Of a DNA stretch of 64,000 nt, positions 28,900-41,985 are shown one piece after another. Under the pieces are notes generated by a model. It made no database searches, was not told the origin of the DNA, and saw only the letters and a program-made list of their open reading frames with translations. Every line of letters starts with the position of its first letter. Position 1 is the stretch's first letter. A program made the position numbers and the translations under genes. Source of the DNA: Chloroflexota bacterium (GTDB lineage: Bacteria; Chloroflexota; Dehalococcoidia; UBA2979). The stretch spans positions 1 to 64,000 of the forward strand of contig JAQCIU010000005.1 in the NCBI GenBank assembly GCA_027593235.1, given 5' to 3'.

Positions 28900-30441
28900 T
28901 TGGCCTCTCAGACAGTTGTTCTCGCCCCTCCCACGCCGCCTCGCCGCACCCGGGTTGCGGAGGTACGCGCCCAATGGCTCACGAACCCGCGCGTTGATCT
29001 GCTGTCAGGCCTCGTTGTCGCGCTGGCGCTGATTCCCGAGGCGATCTCGTTTTCGATCATTGCGGGCGTTGACCCGAAGGTCGGGCTCTACGCGTCATTC
29101 TCGATCGCCATCATCATTTCGATTGCCGGCGGACGGCCCGGGATGATCTCGGCGGCGACGGGCGCGATGGCGCTGGTGGTGGTGCCACTGGTCGCCCAGT
29201 ACGGCGTGGGACATCTGTTCGCGGCGACGGTGCTCGCGGGCATGATGCAGATCGGGCTTGGCGCGCTGGGCGTCGGCACGCTGATGCGGTTCATTCCTCG
29301 CACCGTGATGGTCGGGTTCGTGAACGCGCTGGCGATCTTGATCTTCCTGGCGCAGGTGCCGCACATCCTGCTCACGGAGGGCAACTGGGATTCGACGCAG
29401 CTCCAGACGAACCTGGCGTTCATCGCGATCGGGCTGCTCGTGATCTACGGGCTGCCTCGGATCACCAAGGCGGTGCCATCGTCGCTGGTGGCGATCGTGC
29501 TGCTTTCGGCGGTGTCGATCACGTTTGGGATCTCGCTGCCGACAGTGGGGGACATGGGCGAACTGCCTGGGTCGCTGCCGGTGTTCAGCCTGCCCGACGT
29601 GCCGGTGTCGTTCGACACCTTGCGGATCATCCTGCCGTTCTCGATCACGCTGGCGCTGGTGGGGCTCCTCGAGTCACTGCTGACGGCTCAGCTCCTCGAC
29701 GACCTGACCGACACGAACTCGAACAAGAACGTCGAGGCGCGCGGGCAGGGCATCGCGAACGTCTTCACAGGCTTCATCGGTGGAATGGCCGGATGCGCGA
29801 TGATCGGGCAGTCGATGATCAACTTCCGGTCGGGCGGACGGACCCGGCTCTCGACGCTGGCCTCGGGCGTGTTCCTGCTGATCCTGATCCTCGTGCTCGG
29901 CGACCTCGTGGCGCGGATCCCGATGGCAGCGCTGGTCGCGGTGATGATTATGGTGTCGGTCGGCACCTTCAACTGGACGAGCATCAAGCCAGCCACGCTG
30001 CGGCGGATTCCGAGGACGGAGTCTGTCGTCGTGCTCGCCACCGTTGCGGTGGTGGTGGCGACGGAGAACCTCGCCTACGGCGTGGGTGCTGGCGTGCTGC
30101 TCTCGATGGTGTTCTTCGCACGCCACGTATCACACGTGGTGGATGTCACGAGCGTGGTCGATCCGCTGAACGCGGAGCGGCTGTACGCCGTGCACGGTGA
30201 GCTGTTCTTCGCCTCGACCAACGACCTGGTGCACGCGTTCGATTACGACGCGGTGCGGATGAAGCGCGTGGAGATCGATCTGAGCACGGCGCGGATCTGG
30301 GACACCTCGGCGGTGGTGGCGCTGGACGCGGTCGTGGCGAAGTTCGCCCAGCGCGGGATCACCGCGGAACTCGTGGGGTTGAACCGCCACGCGGAGAAGC
30401 TCCACCAGGAGACGTCCGGGCACGTCGCGGTCGGCGAGTAG
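28900..30441 (+). CDS. SulP family inorganic anion transporter with STAS domain
   Basis: [41 protein letters not shown]. Confidence 0.93.
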   Translation: MASQTVVLAPPTPPRRTRVAEVRAQWLTNPRVDLLSGLVVALALIPEAISFSIIAGVDPKVGLYASFSIAIIISIAGGRPGMISAATGAMALVVVPLVAQYGVGHLFAATVLAGMMQIGLGALGVGTLMRFIPRTVMVGFVNALAILIFLAQVPHILLTEGNWDSTQLQTNLAFIAIGLLVIYGLPRITKAVPSSLVAIVLLSAVSITFGISLPTVGDMGELPGSLPVFSLPDVPVSFDTLRIILPFSITLALVGLLESLLTAQLLDDLTDTNSNKNVEARGQGIANVFTGFIGGMAGCAMIGQSMINFRSGGRTRLSTLASGVFLLILILVLGDLVARIPMAALVAVMIMVSVGTFNWTSIKPATLRRIPRTESVVVLATVAVVVATENLAYGVGAGVLLSMVFFARHVSHVVDVTSVVDPLNAERLYAVHGELFFASTNDLVHAFDYDAVRMKRVEIDLSTARIWDTSAVVALDAVVAKFAQRGITAELVGLNRHAEKLHQETSGHVAVGE

Positions 30442-30492
30442 CGCGACCGACCGCGTCAGCCGGCAACCCCGCGAAGTAGCCCCGGACGCGAG

Positions 30493-31344
30493 CTAGTGCG
30501 CCCCGTTGCTCCCGTTCGCGCTCGCCCCGTTCGAGGACGGTGGATCTTCCACCGGCACGCCGCCGGTGATCTCCGCGAACGCCGAGTGGTTGTGAATCGA
30601 TTCGAAATTCTCAACCGTGACGTGGAAGCGCCCGATCCGATCGTCCGCGTTGAAGGCCAGCGCGACGTCACGCGCGATGTCCTCGACGAACTTCGGGTTC
30701 TCATACGCCTCTTCGGTGACGTGCTTCTCATCCTGGCGCTTCAGCACCGGGTAGAGCTGGCAGGACCCCTTGGTCTCCAGCAGCTCGATCAGATCCTCGA
30801 TCCAGAACGGCCCGTTCAGCTCGACCGTCGCGATCACGTGGCTGCGCTGGTTGTGCGCGCCGTACTCCGAAATCGTCTTCGAGCACGGGCACAGGCTGGT
30901 CACCGGGACCTGCACGCGAAGCTGTTCGGTGACCTCGTCGCCATCGAGGACCGCGGCGAGCATCACCTCGAAGTCGAGCGTGCTCGTGACGCGGGAGACC
31001 GGCGCCGCCTTGCGCATGAAGTAGGGGAAATGCATCTCCACTTCGCAACGCGTTGCTTCGAGGCGTGAGGCGACCTCGCGGAGCAGCTCCGGGAACGTCG
31101 CGAGCGAATAGACCCCGGGGTGCTCCTCGAGAATCTCGACGAAGCGCGACATGTGCGTGCCCTTCACCTCCGGGGCGAGCTGCACAAACATGCCGAAGGT
31201 GGCGATGGTCGCTTGTTCCGCTCCAGACCGATCGGCGATGCGGACCGGCTGTCGGATGTCTCGGATTCCGACACGGTCGATCGACAAGTTCCGCGTGTCC
31301 GGCAGTGACTGCACGTCCGGAATCGCGGCTAGTTCGATAACCAC
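30493..31344 (-). CDS. folE2: GTP cyclohydrolase IB
   Basis: KGTHMSRF, SLCPCSK, GAHNQRS, NPKFVED, ESIHNHSA. Confidence 0.95.
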   Translation of the reverse strand: MVIELAAIPDVQSLPDTRNLSIDRVGIRDIRQPVRIADRSGAEQATIATFGMFVQLAPEVKGTHMSRFVEILEEHPGVYSLATFPELLREVASRLEATRCEVEMHFPYFMRKAAPVSRVTSTLDFEVMLAAVLDGDEVTEQLRVQVPVTSLCPCSKTISEYGAHNQRSHVIATVELNGPFWIEDLIELLETKGSCQLYPVLKRQDEKHVTEEAYENPKFVEDIARDVALAFNADDRIGRFHVTVENFESIHNHSAFAEITGGVPVEDPPSSNGASANGSNGAH

Positions 31345-31443
31345 GTTGACTCTTCTCTCTGGGATGGGGACCGGACGAAGGATCCGGCTATCACAAAGGG
31401 TACCAACTCTGGGGTGACGAATGGTGAGCGTGATCGCGGATCG

Positions 31444-31929
31444 TCATCCCCGCTCCTCGGCGCGCCAGTTCACCTCCAGCGCGCCCGCCGGGTGATCGCC
31501 GCCGCTGAGCAGCATTTCCGCGGCGCGAAGACCCTCGCGCTGACCGGGCCATCCGAGGTGTGCGATGGCATCGTCGACCTCGAACCAGCGATGCGCGACG
31601 TGCTCAGCGTCCAGTTCGAGGATGGCATTCGCTTCCACGACCGCGACGAAGACCGGGATCGCGTTGATGCGATCGTGCTGCCATTCGTAGAACTGATTCA
31701 CGTATGGCACCGCGAGCAACCGCGTCGGCACGAGCGTCGTTTCTTCACGCAGCTCGCGCAGCGCCGCCTGCCATGCGGTCTCACCGGCCTCGATCTTCCC
31801 GGTGACCACGCGCCAGTGCCCGGCATCGAGGTGTCCCGCCGCCCGCTGGAGCACGAGGTACTGCCAGCCCTCGGCCGTCTCGCGTGCGACGTGGCAATCG
31901 ATCACGCGCACGGTCGGCGACCCGGTCAC
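31444..31929 (-). CDS. NUDIX hydrolase, probable dihydroneopterin triphosphate pyrophosphatase
   Basis: Nudix box GKIEAGETAWQAALRELREET with LQR...W.VVTG and EH motifs typical of NudB; adjacent to folE2. Confidence 0.8.
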   Translation of the reverse strand: MTGSPTVRVIDCHVARETAEGWQYLVLQRAAGHLDAGHWRVVTGKIEAGETAWQAALRELREETTLVPTRLLAVPYVNQFYEWQHDRINAIPVFVAVVEANAILELDAEHVAHRWFEVDDAIAHLGWPGQREGLRAAEMLLSGGDHPAGALEVNWRAEERG

Positions 31930-31933
31930 GCGG

Positions 31934-32488
31934 TCATTCCGTGCGACGGTGCAGCGGGCCGGGCGATGTTGTTCCGCCGACGACCCGATCGGTCACCTCG
32001 ATCGCGGGGCCGCCGAGGAGCGCGACACAGTCCGGGACCGCCCCGAACGTGCCATCGAGGATCTGCGCGATCGCTTTCGGGTTGCCCGGGAGGTTGAGGA
32101 TCAACGCCTGCCCGCGGGTGACCCCGACCTGCCTCGACAGCGCCGCGGTGAGCACGAAGTGAAACGAGACGGCGCGCATCAGCTCGCCGAAGCCGGGCAG
32201 GACGCGGTCCGCGATTGCCAGGGTCGCCTCGGGAGTGACGTCGCGCGGCGCGGGGCCGGTGCCGCCGGTGGTCAGCACGAGCTGGCAGCCCTCGTCGTCG
32301 ACCAGGGCGCGCAGGCCGGCCTCGATCAGCTGCTGCTCGTCGGGAACCATGCGCGCAACGGCGTCCCACGGCGAGGCGATTGCGGCGGTCAGCCACTCCT
32401 GGATTGCGGGGCCACCGCGATCCTCGTACTCGCCCGCACTGGCACGATCCGAAACCGTCAGGACGCCAACACGAAGTGGGGTATTCAC
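31934..32488 (-). CDS. mog: Molybdopterin adenylyltransferase
   Basis: TVSDRASAGEYEDRGGP, TTGGTGPAPRDVTPEA, NLPGNPK. Confidence 0.93.
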   Translation of the reverse strand: MNTPLRVGVLTVSDRASAGEYEDRGGPAIQEWLTAAIASPWDAVARMVPDEQQLIEAGLRALVDDEGCQLVLTTGGTGPAPRDVTPEATLAIADRVLPGFGELMRAVSFHFVLTAALSRQVGVTRGQALILNLPGNPKAIAQILDGTFGAVPDCVALLGGPAIEVTDRVVGGTTSPGPLHRRTE

Positions 32489-32562
32489 GCACCAATCTTA
32501 CAGGCGACGTCACGCGTCCACGGGCTATCCTGAAGGGGCCAGATTCGCGGAAGGAGGATGCA

Positions 32563-33627
32563 ATGGATCGAGCCGAACGGCTCCAGGCGCTACATGAAGC
32601 ACTGCGCCAGCGCATCCTCGTGATCGACGGATCCTGGGGCGCGCTGCTCCAGTCCAAGGGCCTTGAGGAGCCGGACTATCGCGGCGAGCGCTTCGCCGAT
32701 CACCCGCTGTCGTTGAAGAACGACGTGGATGTCCTCAACATCACGAACCAGGACATCGTCCGCGAGGTCCACGACGCGTACTTCGACGCCGGCGCTGACA
32801 TCGGCACCACCAACACCTTCACCTCGACGTCCGTGACGCAGGAAGACTTCGGTCTGCAGGGCGACTGCTACGAGCTGAACCTCGCCGGTGCGCGGCTCGC
32901 CCGCGAGCGGGCCGATGCCTGGACCGAGCGCAACCCGGACAAGCCGCGCTGGGTCGCCGGATCGATGGGCCCGACCAACAAGACCTCCTCCGTCGCGATC
33001 GAGGTGTCCAACCCGGCGATCCGCGCAATCGACTTCGACCCGCTGAAGGACGCCTACCTCGAGGCCGCGCGCGGCCTCGTCGATGGTGGCGCGGACATCC
33101 TGCTGATCGAGACGGTCTACGACACGCTCAACGCCAAGGCCGCGGTCGTCGCCGTCGAAGAACTGCGCGCGGAGACCGGCCTCGAACTGCCGATCATCGT
33201 CTCCTGGACCGCCACCGACCTCTCCGGCCGCAACCTCTCCGGGCAAACCGTCGAGGCGTTCTGGAACTCGGTCCGCCACGCGCACCCGCTGGCGATCGGC
33301 CTCAACTGTGCCTTCGGCGCGGAGGAACTGCGCCCGAGCGTCGTCGAGCTGTCGCGCGTCGCCGATGCGCCGATCGCCGCCTACCCGAACGCGGGGTTGC
33401 CGAACGACCTCGGCGAGTTCGACGAGACCCCGGAGATCACGGCCCGCCACATCGGCGAGTGGGTAGAGTCCGGCCTCGTCAACATCGTCGGCGGCTGCTG
33501 CGGCACCACGCCGGAGCACATCCGCCAGATCGCCGCGGCTGCGAGCGGACACGCCCCGCGCCCGATCCCGACGCGAGAGCGGCGGATGCGCCTCGCTGGT
33601 ATCGATCCCTTCGAGGTCGTTTCTTGA
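32563..33627 (+). CDS. metH: Methionine synthase homocysteine-binding module (split MetH, part 1)
   Basis: [33 protein letters not shown]; AGGAGG RBS. Confidence 0.93.
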   Translation: MDRAERLQALHEALRQRILVIDGSWGALLQSKGLEEPDYRGERFADHPLSLKNDVDVLNITNQDIVREVHDAYFDAGADIGTTNTFTSTSVTQEDFGLQGDCYELNLAGARLARERADAWTERNPDKPRWVAGSMGPTNKTSSVAIEVSNPAIRAIDFDPLKDAYLEAARGLVDGGADILLIETVYDTLNAKAAVVAVEELRAETGLELPIIVSWTATDLSGRNLSGQTVEAFWNSVRHAHPLAIGLNCAFGAEELRPSVVELSRVADAPIAAYPNAGLPNDLGEFDETPEITARHIGEWVESGLVNIVGGCCGTTPEHIRQIAAAASGHAPRPIPTRERRMRLAGIDPFEVVS

Positions 33628-33644
33628 CGGGCGAGCGGACGGAC

Positions 33645-36340
<2,696 letters not shown>

Positions 36341-36344
<4 letters not shown>

Positions 36345-37204
36345 GGGTCCGGTGTGAGGCCGAGCGCCTCGAACAGCTCGCTCGTCGCCATCCAACGGTT
36401 CATCGGATAGAAGTGGATCCCCGGCGCGCCGGCGGCGAGCAGCTCGCGCGCGAGGTTGGCGGCGTACTCGACGCCGATCGCGCGGCCCTCGTCGGGCGTC
36501 GAGGCGCCCTCGAGGCGTGCGGCCAGCGCGTCCGGGAAGGTGCCGCCCGCCATCTCCACCATGCGGCGGGTTTGGTCCGGGTTGGTGACCGGGATGACGC
36601 CGGGGATCACCGGCGTGTTCACACCACGGACGGCCATGTCCTCCATGAAGTCGACGTAGTGCCTGGTCTCGAAGAAGAACTGGGTCATCGCGAAGTCCGC
36701 GACCTTCAGCTTCGCCGCCTGGTGATCGCGATCGCTCGCGACGTCGGGCGCCATCGGGTGTCCCTCGACGTGCGCGGCGACGCCGATCGAGAAGCCGGTG
36801 AGTGCGCGGATGAACCCGACCAGCTCGACGGCGTAGCGAAAGTCGCCCTGCGGCAGCACGCGCCCATCAGTCGGTGGGTCGCCATGCAGCGCGAGCAGAT
36901 CGGTAACGCCGTCGGCGTCGTAGACGCGGAGCAGTTGTTCGATCTCGTTCTTCTTGTGACCGATGCAGGTGAGGTGGGGGAGCACCTGCGCGCCGTATCG
37001 CTTCCGCAGATCGTGGACGACCTCGCCCGTCCGATCGCGGCTCGTTCCACCGGCTCCATAGGTCACCGAGACGAACGAGGGCTGAAGCAGCATCAACCGA
37101 TCGAGGGTGCGCGCGAGTTGCCGGTCACCCTGCTCGGTGCGCGGTGGATAGAACTCGAAGGAGTAGGTGGGTCCAGCTGCGAGCAGCTCGGGGATCGTCG
37201 GCAC
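36341..37204 (-). CDS. metF: Methylenetetrahydrofolate reductase
   Basis: [29 protein letters not shown]; AGGAG RBS. Confidence 0.93.
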
Positions 37205-37281
37205 GTCACGGCTCCTGATTGCGTGGGTCAGGGTAGCGTCTGCGCCGGCGGACTCGCGCACCCTGACAAGAGGACTGTCGG

Positions 37282-37797
37282 CTACTCCCCGGGAGCGAAC
37301 ACCTCGAACTCGACCGCCAGCTCCCCACCGTTGATCCGCAACCAGGCGACCGTGCCCGGGACCATGAACGATGGATACCCCTGTCCGCCGTTCACGAACC
37401 GCACGCCCTCGACGGTTTCGTCGACCATCTCGTGCAGATGGCCGTAGCAGATCACGTCCAGCCGACCGAAGTCGTCAACGGGAAAGTCAGGAAGAAGTCG
37501 TGCTGGTGGGAACTCTTCACGCCCCCAGGCGGGGTGTGTGACGCCGATCCGTAGATCGCCCACCTCGAGGACATCGCGATACGGCAGCGCCGTGCGCACC
37601 TCGACGGGATCGGAGTTGCCGTGCACCACCGTCGAGGCGCGTGCTTCCGCCTGGAAGCCACGCACGGCATCGAGGTGGACCCAATCACCGGCGTGGATGG
37701 CGTGATCGGCGGAGGCGACGGCGCGTCGCAATTCTGGATGCGCCTGGTCCCAGTGACGGATGTGGGTATCGCCAACCAGCAGCACGTTCGTTGTCAC
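37282..37797 (-). CDS. Metallophosphoesterase, YfcE family
   Basis: GDTH, HAGD, HGNSD, YGHLH motifs. Confidence 0.88.
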   Translation of the reverse strand: MTTNVLLVGDTHIRHWDQAHPELRRAVASADHAIHAGDWVHLDAVRGFQAEARASTVVHGNSDPVEVRTALPYRDVLEVGDLRIGVTHPAWGREEFPPARLLPDFPVDDFGRLDVICYGHLHEMVDETVEGVRFVNGGQGYPSFMVPGTVAWLRINGGELAVEFEVFAPGE

Positions 37798-39149
37798 CCG
37801 AGGTCGCCCCCGCGATCGCGAATGTCGTGCACCACCTCACCACCGACGATCGTCGCGACGGCGCGACCGACCACCTGCTCGCCGAGCAGCGGCGTGTTGT
37901 GGCTCTTCGAGCGGAGGGTGTCGACGCTCACGACCCACTGCGCGCTCGGGTCTATCAGCACCACGTCGCCGGGGGCGCCGACTCCAAGCGTCCCGAGGCC
38001 GGGCAGGCCGAGCTGTGCGTCGAGCCGCCACGCGCGGACGGGGCCGAGCGTCAGCCGCTCGATCGCCGCGCCGAGGCTGATGTAGCCGTTGTCGACGAGG
38101 CTCATCACGAACGGGATCGCGGTCTCGAGTCCGATCATCCCCGGAGGCGCCTCGATCAGACCGCGCGCCTTCTCGTCAGGCTGGTGCGGCGCGTGATCGG
38201 TCGCGATCGCGTCGATGGTGCCATCGGCGAGCGCGGCGACGCAGGCGGCGACATCGTGCTCCTCGCGGAGCGGCGGGTTGCACTTCGCGTCCGTGTTGTA
38301 CTGCTCGCCGGCCAGCGCGTGGAGTAGCGCGTGCTGCGTCAGCACCAGGTGGTGTGGGGTCACCTCGGCGGTGACGGGGACCCCGCGCTCCTTCGCGTCG
38401 CGAATCAGCGCGACCGCGCCCGCGGTGCTCACGTGCTGGATGTGTGCCTGGCCGCCGGTCAGCGCCGCGAGCGCGAGATCGCGCGCGACCGCTGCGTCCT
38501 CGCTGCTCGAAGGACTCCCTGGTACCCCGAGCTGCCGCGCGACCGCCCCGAGGTGCGCGACTCCGCTGTTGGTGAGCTGCGGCAACTCGCAGTGCTGGGA
38601 AATCGGCAGTCCGAGGACCGCCGCGCGCTCGTAGCCGGTGCGCATCAGCTCGGTGTTCACGACGAAGTCACCGTCATCGCTGAACGCCACGGCGCCAGCC
38701 TCGGCAAGTTCGTTCAGCGGGGCGAGATCGCGGCCCTCGCGATCGCGGGTAATCGTGCCGGCGGTGAGGACGCGCACGACGCCCTCCTCGGCAGCCCGTT
38801 TGACCGCGTCCTCGACGCGCTTGCGACGGTCGAACGGCGGATCGGTGTTCGGCATCTGCACGATCGTCGTGAATCCGCCGGCGGCGGCAGCCGCCGTGCC
38901 GGACTCGATCGTCTCCTTGTGCGATTGCCCCGGGGTGCGGAGGTGCACGTGCAGATCGACGAACCCGGGACTGACGATCAGGCCCGTAGCGTCGATCCGC
39001 TCGGCCTGCGGCGCGCTCGCGGCGGCGCCGCGTCCGACCTGCGTTACGCGTCCGCCCTCGATAACGATGTCGGCCACCTCGTCGCGGCCCGAAGCCGGGT
39101 CGACAACGCGGCCACCGATGATGGCGATAGGGAGGCGTGGATCAGGCAT
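37794..39149 (-). CDS. pyrC: Dihydroorotase (type I)
   Basis: DLHVHLRTPG, MPNT, EVTPHH, KCNPPLR, ATDHAPH. Confidence 0.92.
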   Translation of the reverse strand: MPDPRLPIAIIGGRVVDPASGRDEVADIVIEGGRVTQVGRGAAASAPQAERIDATGLIVSPGFVDLHVHLRTPGQSHKETIESGTAAAAAGGFTTIVQMPNTDPPFDRRKRVEDAVKRAAEEGVVRVLTAGTITRDREGRDLAPLNELAEAGAVAFSDDGDFVVNTELMRTGYERAAVLGLPISQHCELPQLTNSGVAHLGAVARQLGVPGSPSSSEDAAVARDLALAALTGGQAHIQHVSTAGAVALIRDAKERGVPVTAEVTPHHLVLTQHALLHALAGEQYNTDAKCNPPLREEHDVAACVAALADGTIDAIATDHAPHQPDEKARGLIEAPPGMIGLETAIPFVMSLVDNGYISLGAAIERLTLGPVRAWRLDAQLGLPGLGTLGVGAPGDVVLIDPSAQWVVSVDTLRSKSHNTPLLGEQVVGRAVATIVGGEVVHDIRDRGGDLG

Positions 39150-39239
39150 TCGTTCGTTTGTACACGGGGCTCCCGTACGACGCGAGTCACCCGCGCCCAA
39201 CGTCCGTGGTAGCCGCCCGTGCGCGCCTACACTGGAACC

Positions 39240-40037
39240 ATGCCAGACACCGCGACGCATCGCCCAAACGACCCGGAGGCAGCACGCGGACGCGCCGATC
39301 TCCAGGTCCACACCGCCCACGGCGACGCGATGGGCAGCGCGCTCGACATCCTCGAGGCCGTCGAGCGCGGCAACCTGCTCGAGGTGCTTGCGATCACCGA
39401 TCACGACGATATCGAGGGTGCGCTGCTCGCCCGTGAGCTGCACGCGCAGGGCAGCTACGGTTTCGAGCTGGTGACCGGCATCGAGGTCACGACGCGCCAA
39501 GGACACCTGCTCGCGCTCTGGGTTGACGAGCCGGTGCGCTCCTTCCGCTCGCTCGAGGAAACCGTTGCGCAGATTCACCGGCTCGGCGGGCTCGCCGTGC
39601 TTCCGCACCCGTTCTCGATGCTCACCCGCTCGATCGGACGGCGACGGCTCGAACGGAACCTCTCGATCGACGATGACGCGGTACATCCGGACGGCATCGA
39701 ACTCGCGAACCCGACCTCGTTTGGTTGGGACACGCGACACGCGCGCCAACGTAACGACCGCCACTGGCAGCTCGCCGTCACCGGCGGTTCGGATGCGCAT
39801 TTCACCGAGCTGATCGGCTCCGCGCACACCTCATTCCCCGGCCGCACGGCCGCCGATCTGCGCGCCGCGATCGAGGCGCAAACGACCGAGGGTCACCTCG
39901 GTCGCAAGGTGCCGCTCCGCGAGATCGGGCTCCGCCAGCTCGCTCGCCAGCAGGTCCGGGGCTTGAGCGTCACCCCTCGGAAAGTGCTCGGCCCGAAGGT
40001 GCACCGTCTCGCCGGGCAGGTACGCCGCCGGAATTGA
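39240..40037 (+). CDS. PHP domain metal-dependent phosphoesterase
   Basis: DLQVHT, AITDHD, GIEVTT, PHPF, GGSDAH. Confidence 0.9.
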   Translation: MPDTATHRPNDPEAARGRADLQVHTAHGDAMGSALDILEAVERGNLLEVLAITDHDDIEGALLARELHAQGSYGFELVTGIEVTTRQGHLLALWVDEPVRSFRSLEETVAQIHRLGGLAVLPHPFSMLTRSIGRRRLERNLSIDDDAVHPDGIELANPTSFGWDTRHARQRNDRHWQLAVTGGSDAHFTELIGSAHTSFPGRTAADLRAAIEAQTTEGHLGRKVPLREIGLRQLARQQVRGLSVTPRKVLGPKVHRLAGQVRRRN

Positions 40038-40047
40038 GGAGGACCGC

Positions 40048-40278
40048 GTGCACCCAATCGAAAACGAGACGCTGGTGCGCGACCTGATCGCCTGGGTCGC
40101 CGAGCGGCCCCGCCCCTACATCGAGGTCATCGACGCGTGGCACACCCATTGCCCGCGACTCCCGATCTGGGAGGACGCGCTCGAGCATCGGTTCGTCGTC
40201 CGGGAACGCGGTCCCGAGGGCGACCTCGTCGTCCGGGCTTCGGCCGCCGGAATCCAGTACCTGAGAGCGGACAGGTAA
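40048..40278 (+). CDS. Small hypothetical protein (W-x3-CPRLP.WEDA)
   Basis: GAGGAGG RBS, typical codon usage, abuts the next gene. Confidence 0.7.
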   Translation: MHPIENETLVRDLIAWVAERPRPYIEVIDAWHTHCPRLPIWEDALEHRFVVRERGPEGDLVVRASAAGIQYLRADR

Positions 40279-40689
40279 GTGACCAGGTCAATGATCGAGC
40301 TCGTGGTCGACGGCCTCCCGCCGGCCAAGAGCGAGGCAACATCGATCTTCGGACCGACGCATCCCCACCGTGAGCGGGTAGTCGCGCTGTTGTCGCGGAC
40401 TGAAGAGGTGCTAGCCCGGTCGGACTGGCAGATGGCGGAGTCACGCCCGATCGGACTCGAGCTGATCCTGTCCCTTCCCTCTGAGGGTGGGACAGGCTCG
40501 GACGCGACCAACTACCTCGGGGGCGTTGCAGACACCCTGCAGGCACAACGCATCAACGCGGCGACCGAACACCTCGGCCATCTCGCCGATGTCGCGCTGT
40601 ACGCAGACGATCGCCAGATCGTCGAAGTGCACTTCCGTCGAGCGGAGGGCGCCCGAGCTACCTACACAGTCAGGGTTTGGGTCGTCTGA
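40279..40689 (+). CDS. RusA-like fold hypothetical protein
   Basis: VDGLPPAK N-terminus, SDATNYLGGVADTL and YADDRQIV resemble RusA motifs. Confidence 0.55.
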   Translation: MTRSMIELVVDGLPPAKSEATSIFGPTHPHRERVVALLSRTEEVLARSDWQMAESRPIGLELILSLPSEGGTGSDATNYLGGVADTLQAQRINAATEHLGHLADVALYADDRQIVEVHFRRAEGARATYTVRVWVV

Positions 40690-40698
40690 GCATGTTCG

Positions 40699-41910
40699 CT
40701 ACCCCCTTGGCAGCCCCAACCCGCGCGTCGCGATGATGTTGCGCTGCACCTCGGACGTGCCGCCGCGGATCGTGGCGGGCACGGCCGCGAGGTACGCGCG
40801 GGCGAAGTCGCCGGCCGGCGTCGTCTCGTCACCGAGGTTTGAGTAGAGGCCGAACACGCGCGTCCCGGTCAGCGCGAGGCGCTGCACCAGCTCCGAATTG
40901 AAGAGCTTGGCGGTGGACGCCTCGTGGTTCGGGATCAGCCCGGCCTGCTGCATCGAGACAATCCGGAACGAGTGTTGGAACATCACCTCGGTCTCGATCC
41001 AGCGGTCCGCCAGCGCGCCACGGCGCGACTCCGCGCCGAGCTGTCGCATCGCCGGCGCTGCTCCCGAGGTGGCGTGGCCAATCAGCGCGCGCAGCGTCCG
41101 ACGCGCGCCGACCGCGCCACCGATGTTGGAACGCTCGAAGTCGAGCAGCGTCATCCCGACGTACCAGCCGCGGTTCTCCTCGCCGACGAGGTTCGTCGCG
41201 GGGACACGCACATCCTCGAAGAAGGTCTCGTTGAAGTAGAGCTTGTCGTTCATGTTCACGAGCGGACGGACGTTGATGCCGGGCGCGTGGATGTCATCGA
41301 TCAGCAGGAACGAGATACCGCGGTGCTTCGGCGCTTCGGGGTCCGTGCGTGTGAGCGCGAAGATCGCGTCAGCGGCATGCGCGCCGGAGGTCCAGATCTT
41401 CTGGCCGTTCACGATGTACTCATCGCCATCACGCACCGCGCGGGTCTGCACCCCCGCGAGGTCAGAGCCGGCGCCGGGCTCGGAGTAGCCCTGCGCCCAG
41501 ACGCGCTCGCCCGCGAGGATCGGCGGGAGGTACTTCTTTCGCTGCTCCTCCGTGCCATGCACGATTAAGGTCGGGCCGAGCAGGCTGACGCCAGATCCGC
41601 CGACGGCGGGCGCGGCGGCCTCCGCCATCTCCTGGCGGAAGATGAACTGCTCCGCGACGGTCATCCCGCCGCCGCCGTACTCGGCGGGCCAGTGCGGGGC
41701 GACCCAGTGGCGCGCCGCGAGTGCGCCCGCCCATTCCGAGGCGGCCTGACGCGCCTCGGGATCGTCGGCCTTGCGATCGAACTCCCATTGCCGCTCGCCC
41801 TCGTGGGCGTGTTCGGCGAGCGCGCGGTAGCGCGCGGGCAGGTGTTCGGCGATCACCGCTCGCACTTGCGCGCGGAATGCGAGCTGGTCGGCGTTGTCAT
41901 TCCAGTCCAT
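40699..41910 (-). CDS. Acyl-CoA dehydrogenase (FadE-like)
   Basis: QGYSEPGAGSDLA, NGQKIWTS, FNETFFEDV, IRGGTSEVQRNII. Confidence 0.94.
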   Translation of the reverse strand: MDWNDNADQLAFRAQVRAVIAEHLPARYRALAEHAHEGERQWEFDRKADDPEARQAASEWAGALAARHWVAPHWPAEYGGGGMTVAEQFIFRQEMAEAAAPAVGGSGVSLLGPTLIVHGTEEQRKKYLPPILAGERVWAQGYSEPGAGSDLAGVQTRAVRDGDEYIVNGQKIWTSGAHAADAIFALTRTDPEAPKHRGISFLLIDDIHAPGINVRPLVNMNDKLYFNETFFEDVRVPATNLVGEENRGWYVGMTLLDFERSNIGGAVGARRTLRALIGHATSGAAPAMRQLGAESRRGALADRWIETEVMFQHSFRIVSMQQAGLIPNHEASTAKLFNSELVQRLALTGTRVFGLYSNLGDETTPAGDFARAYLAAVPATIRGGTSEVQRNIIATRGLGLPRG

Positions 41911-41985
41911 CGGCTGCTCCGTACTATCCCGCAGCCTATGATGCGGCTTCGAACCGAGATTCTACGGCGGACGAAGCGAGGCGGC

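Noticed and set aside
31345-31443. THF or ZTP riboswitch upstream of folE2
   Set aside because: Only a short CCGGA/TCCGG hairpin; no recognisable aptamer consensus
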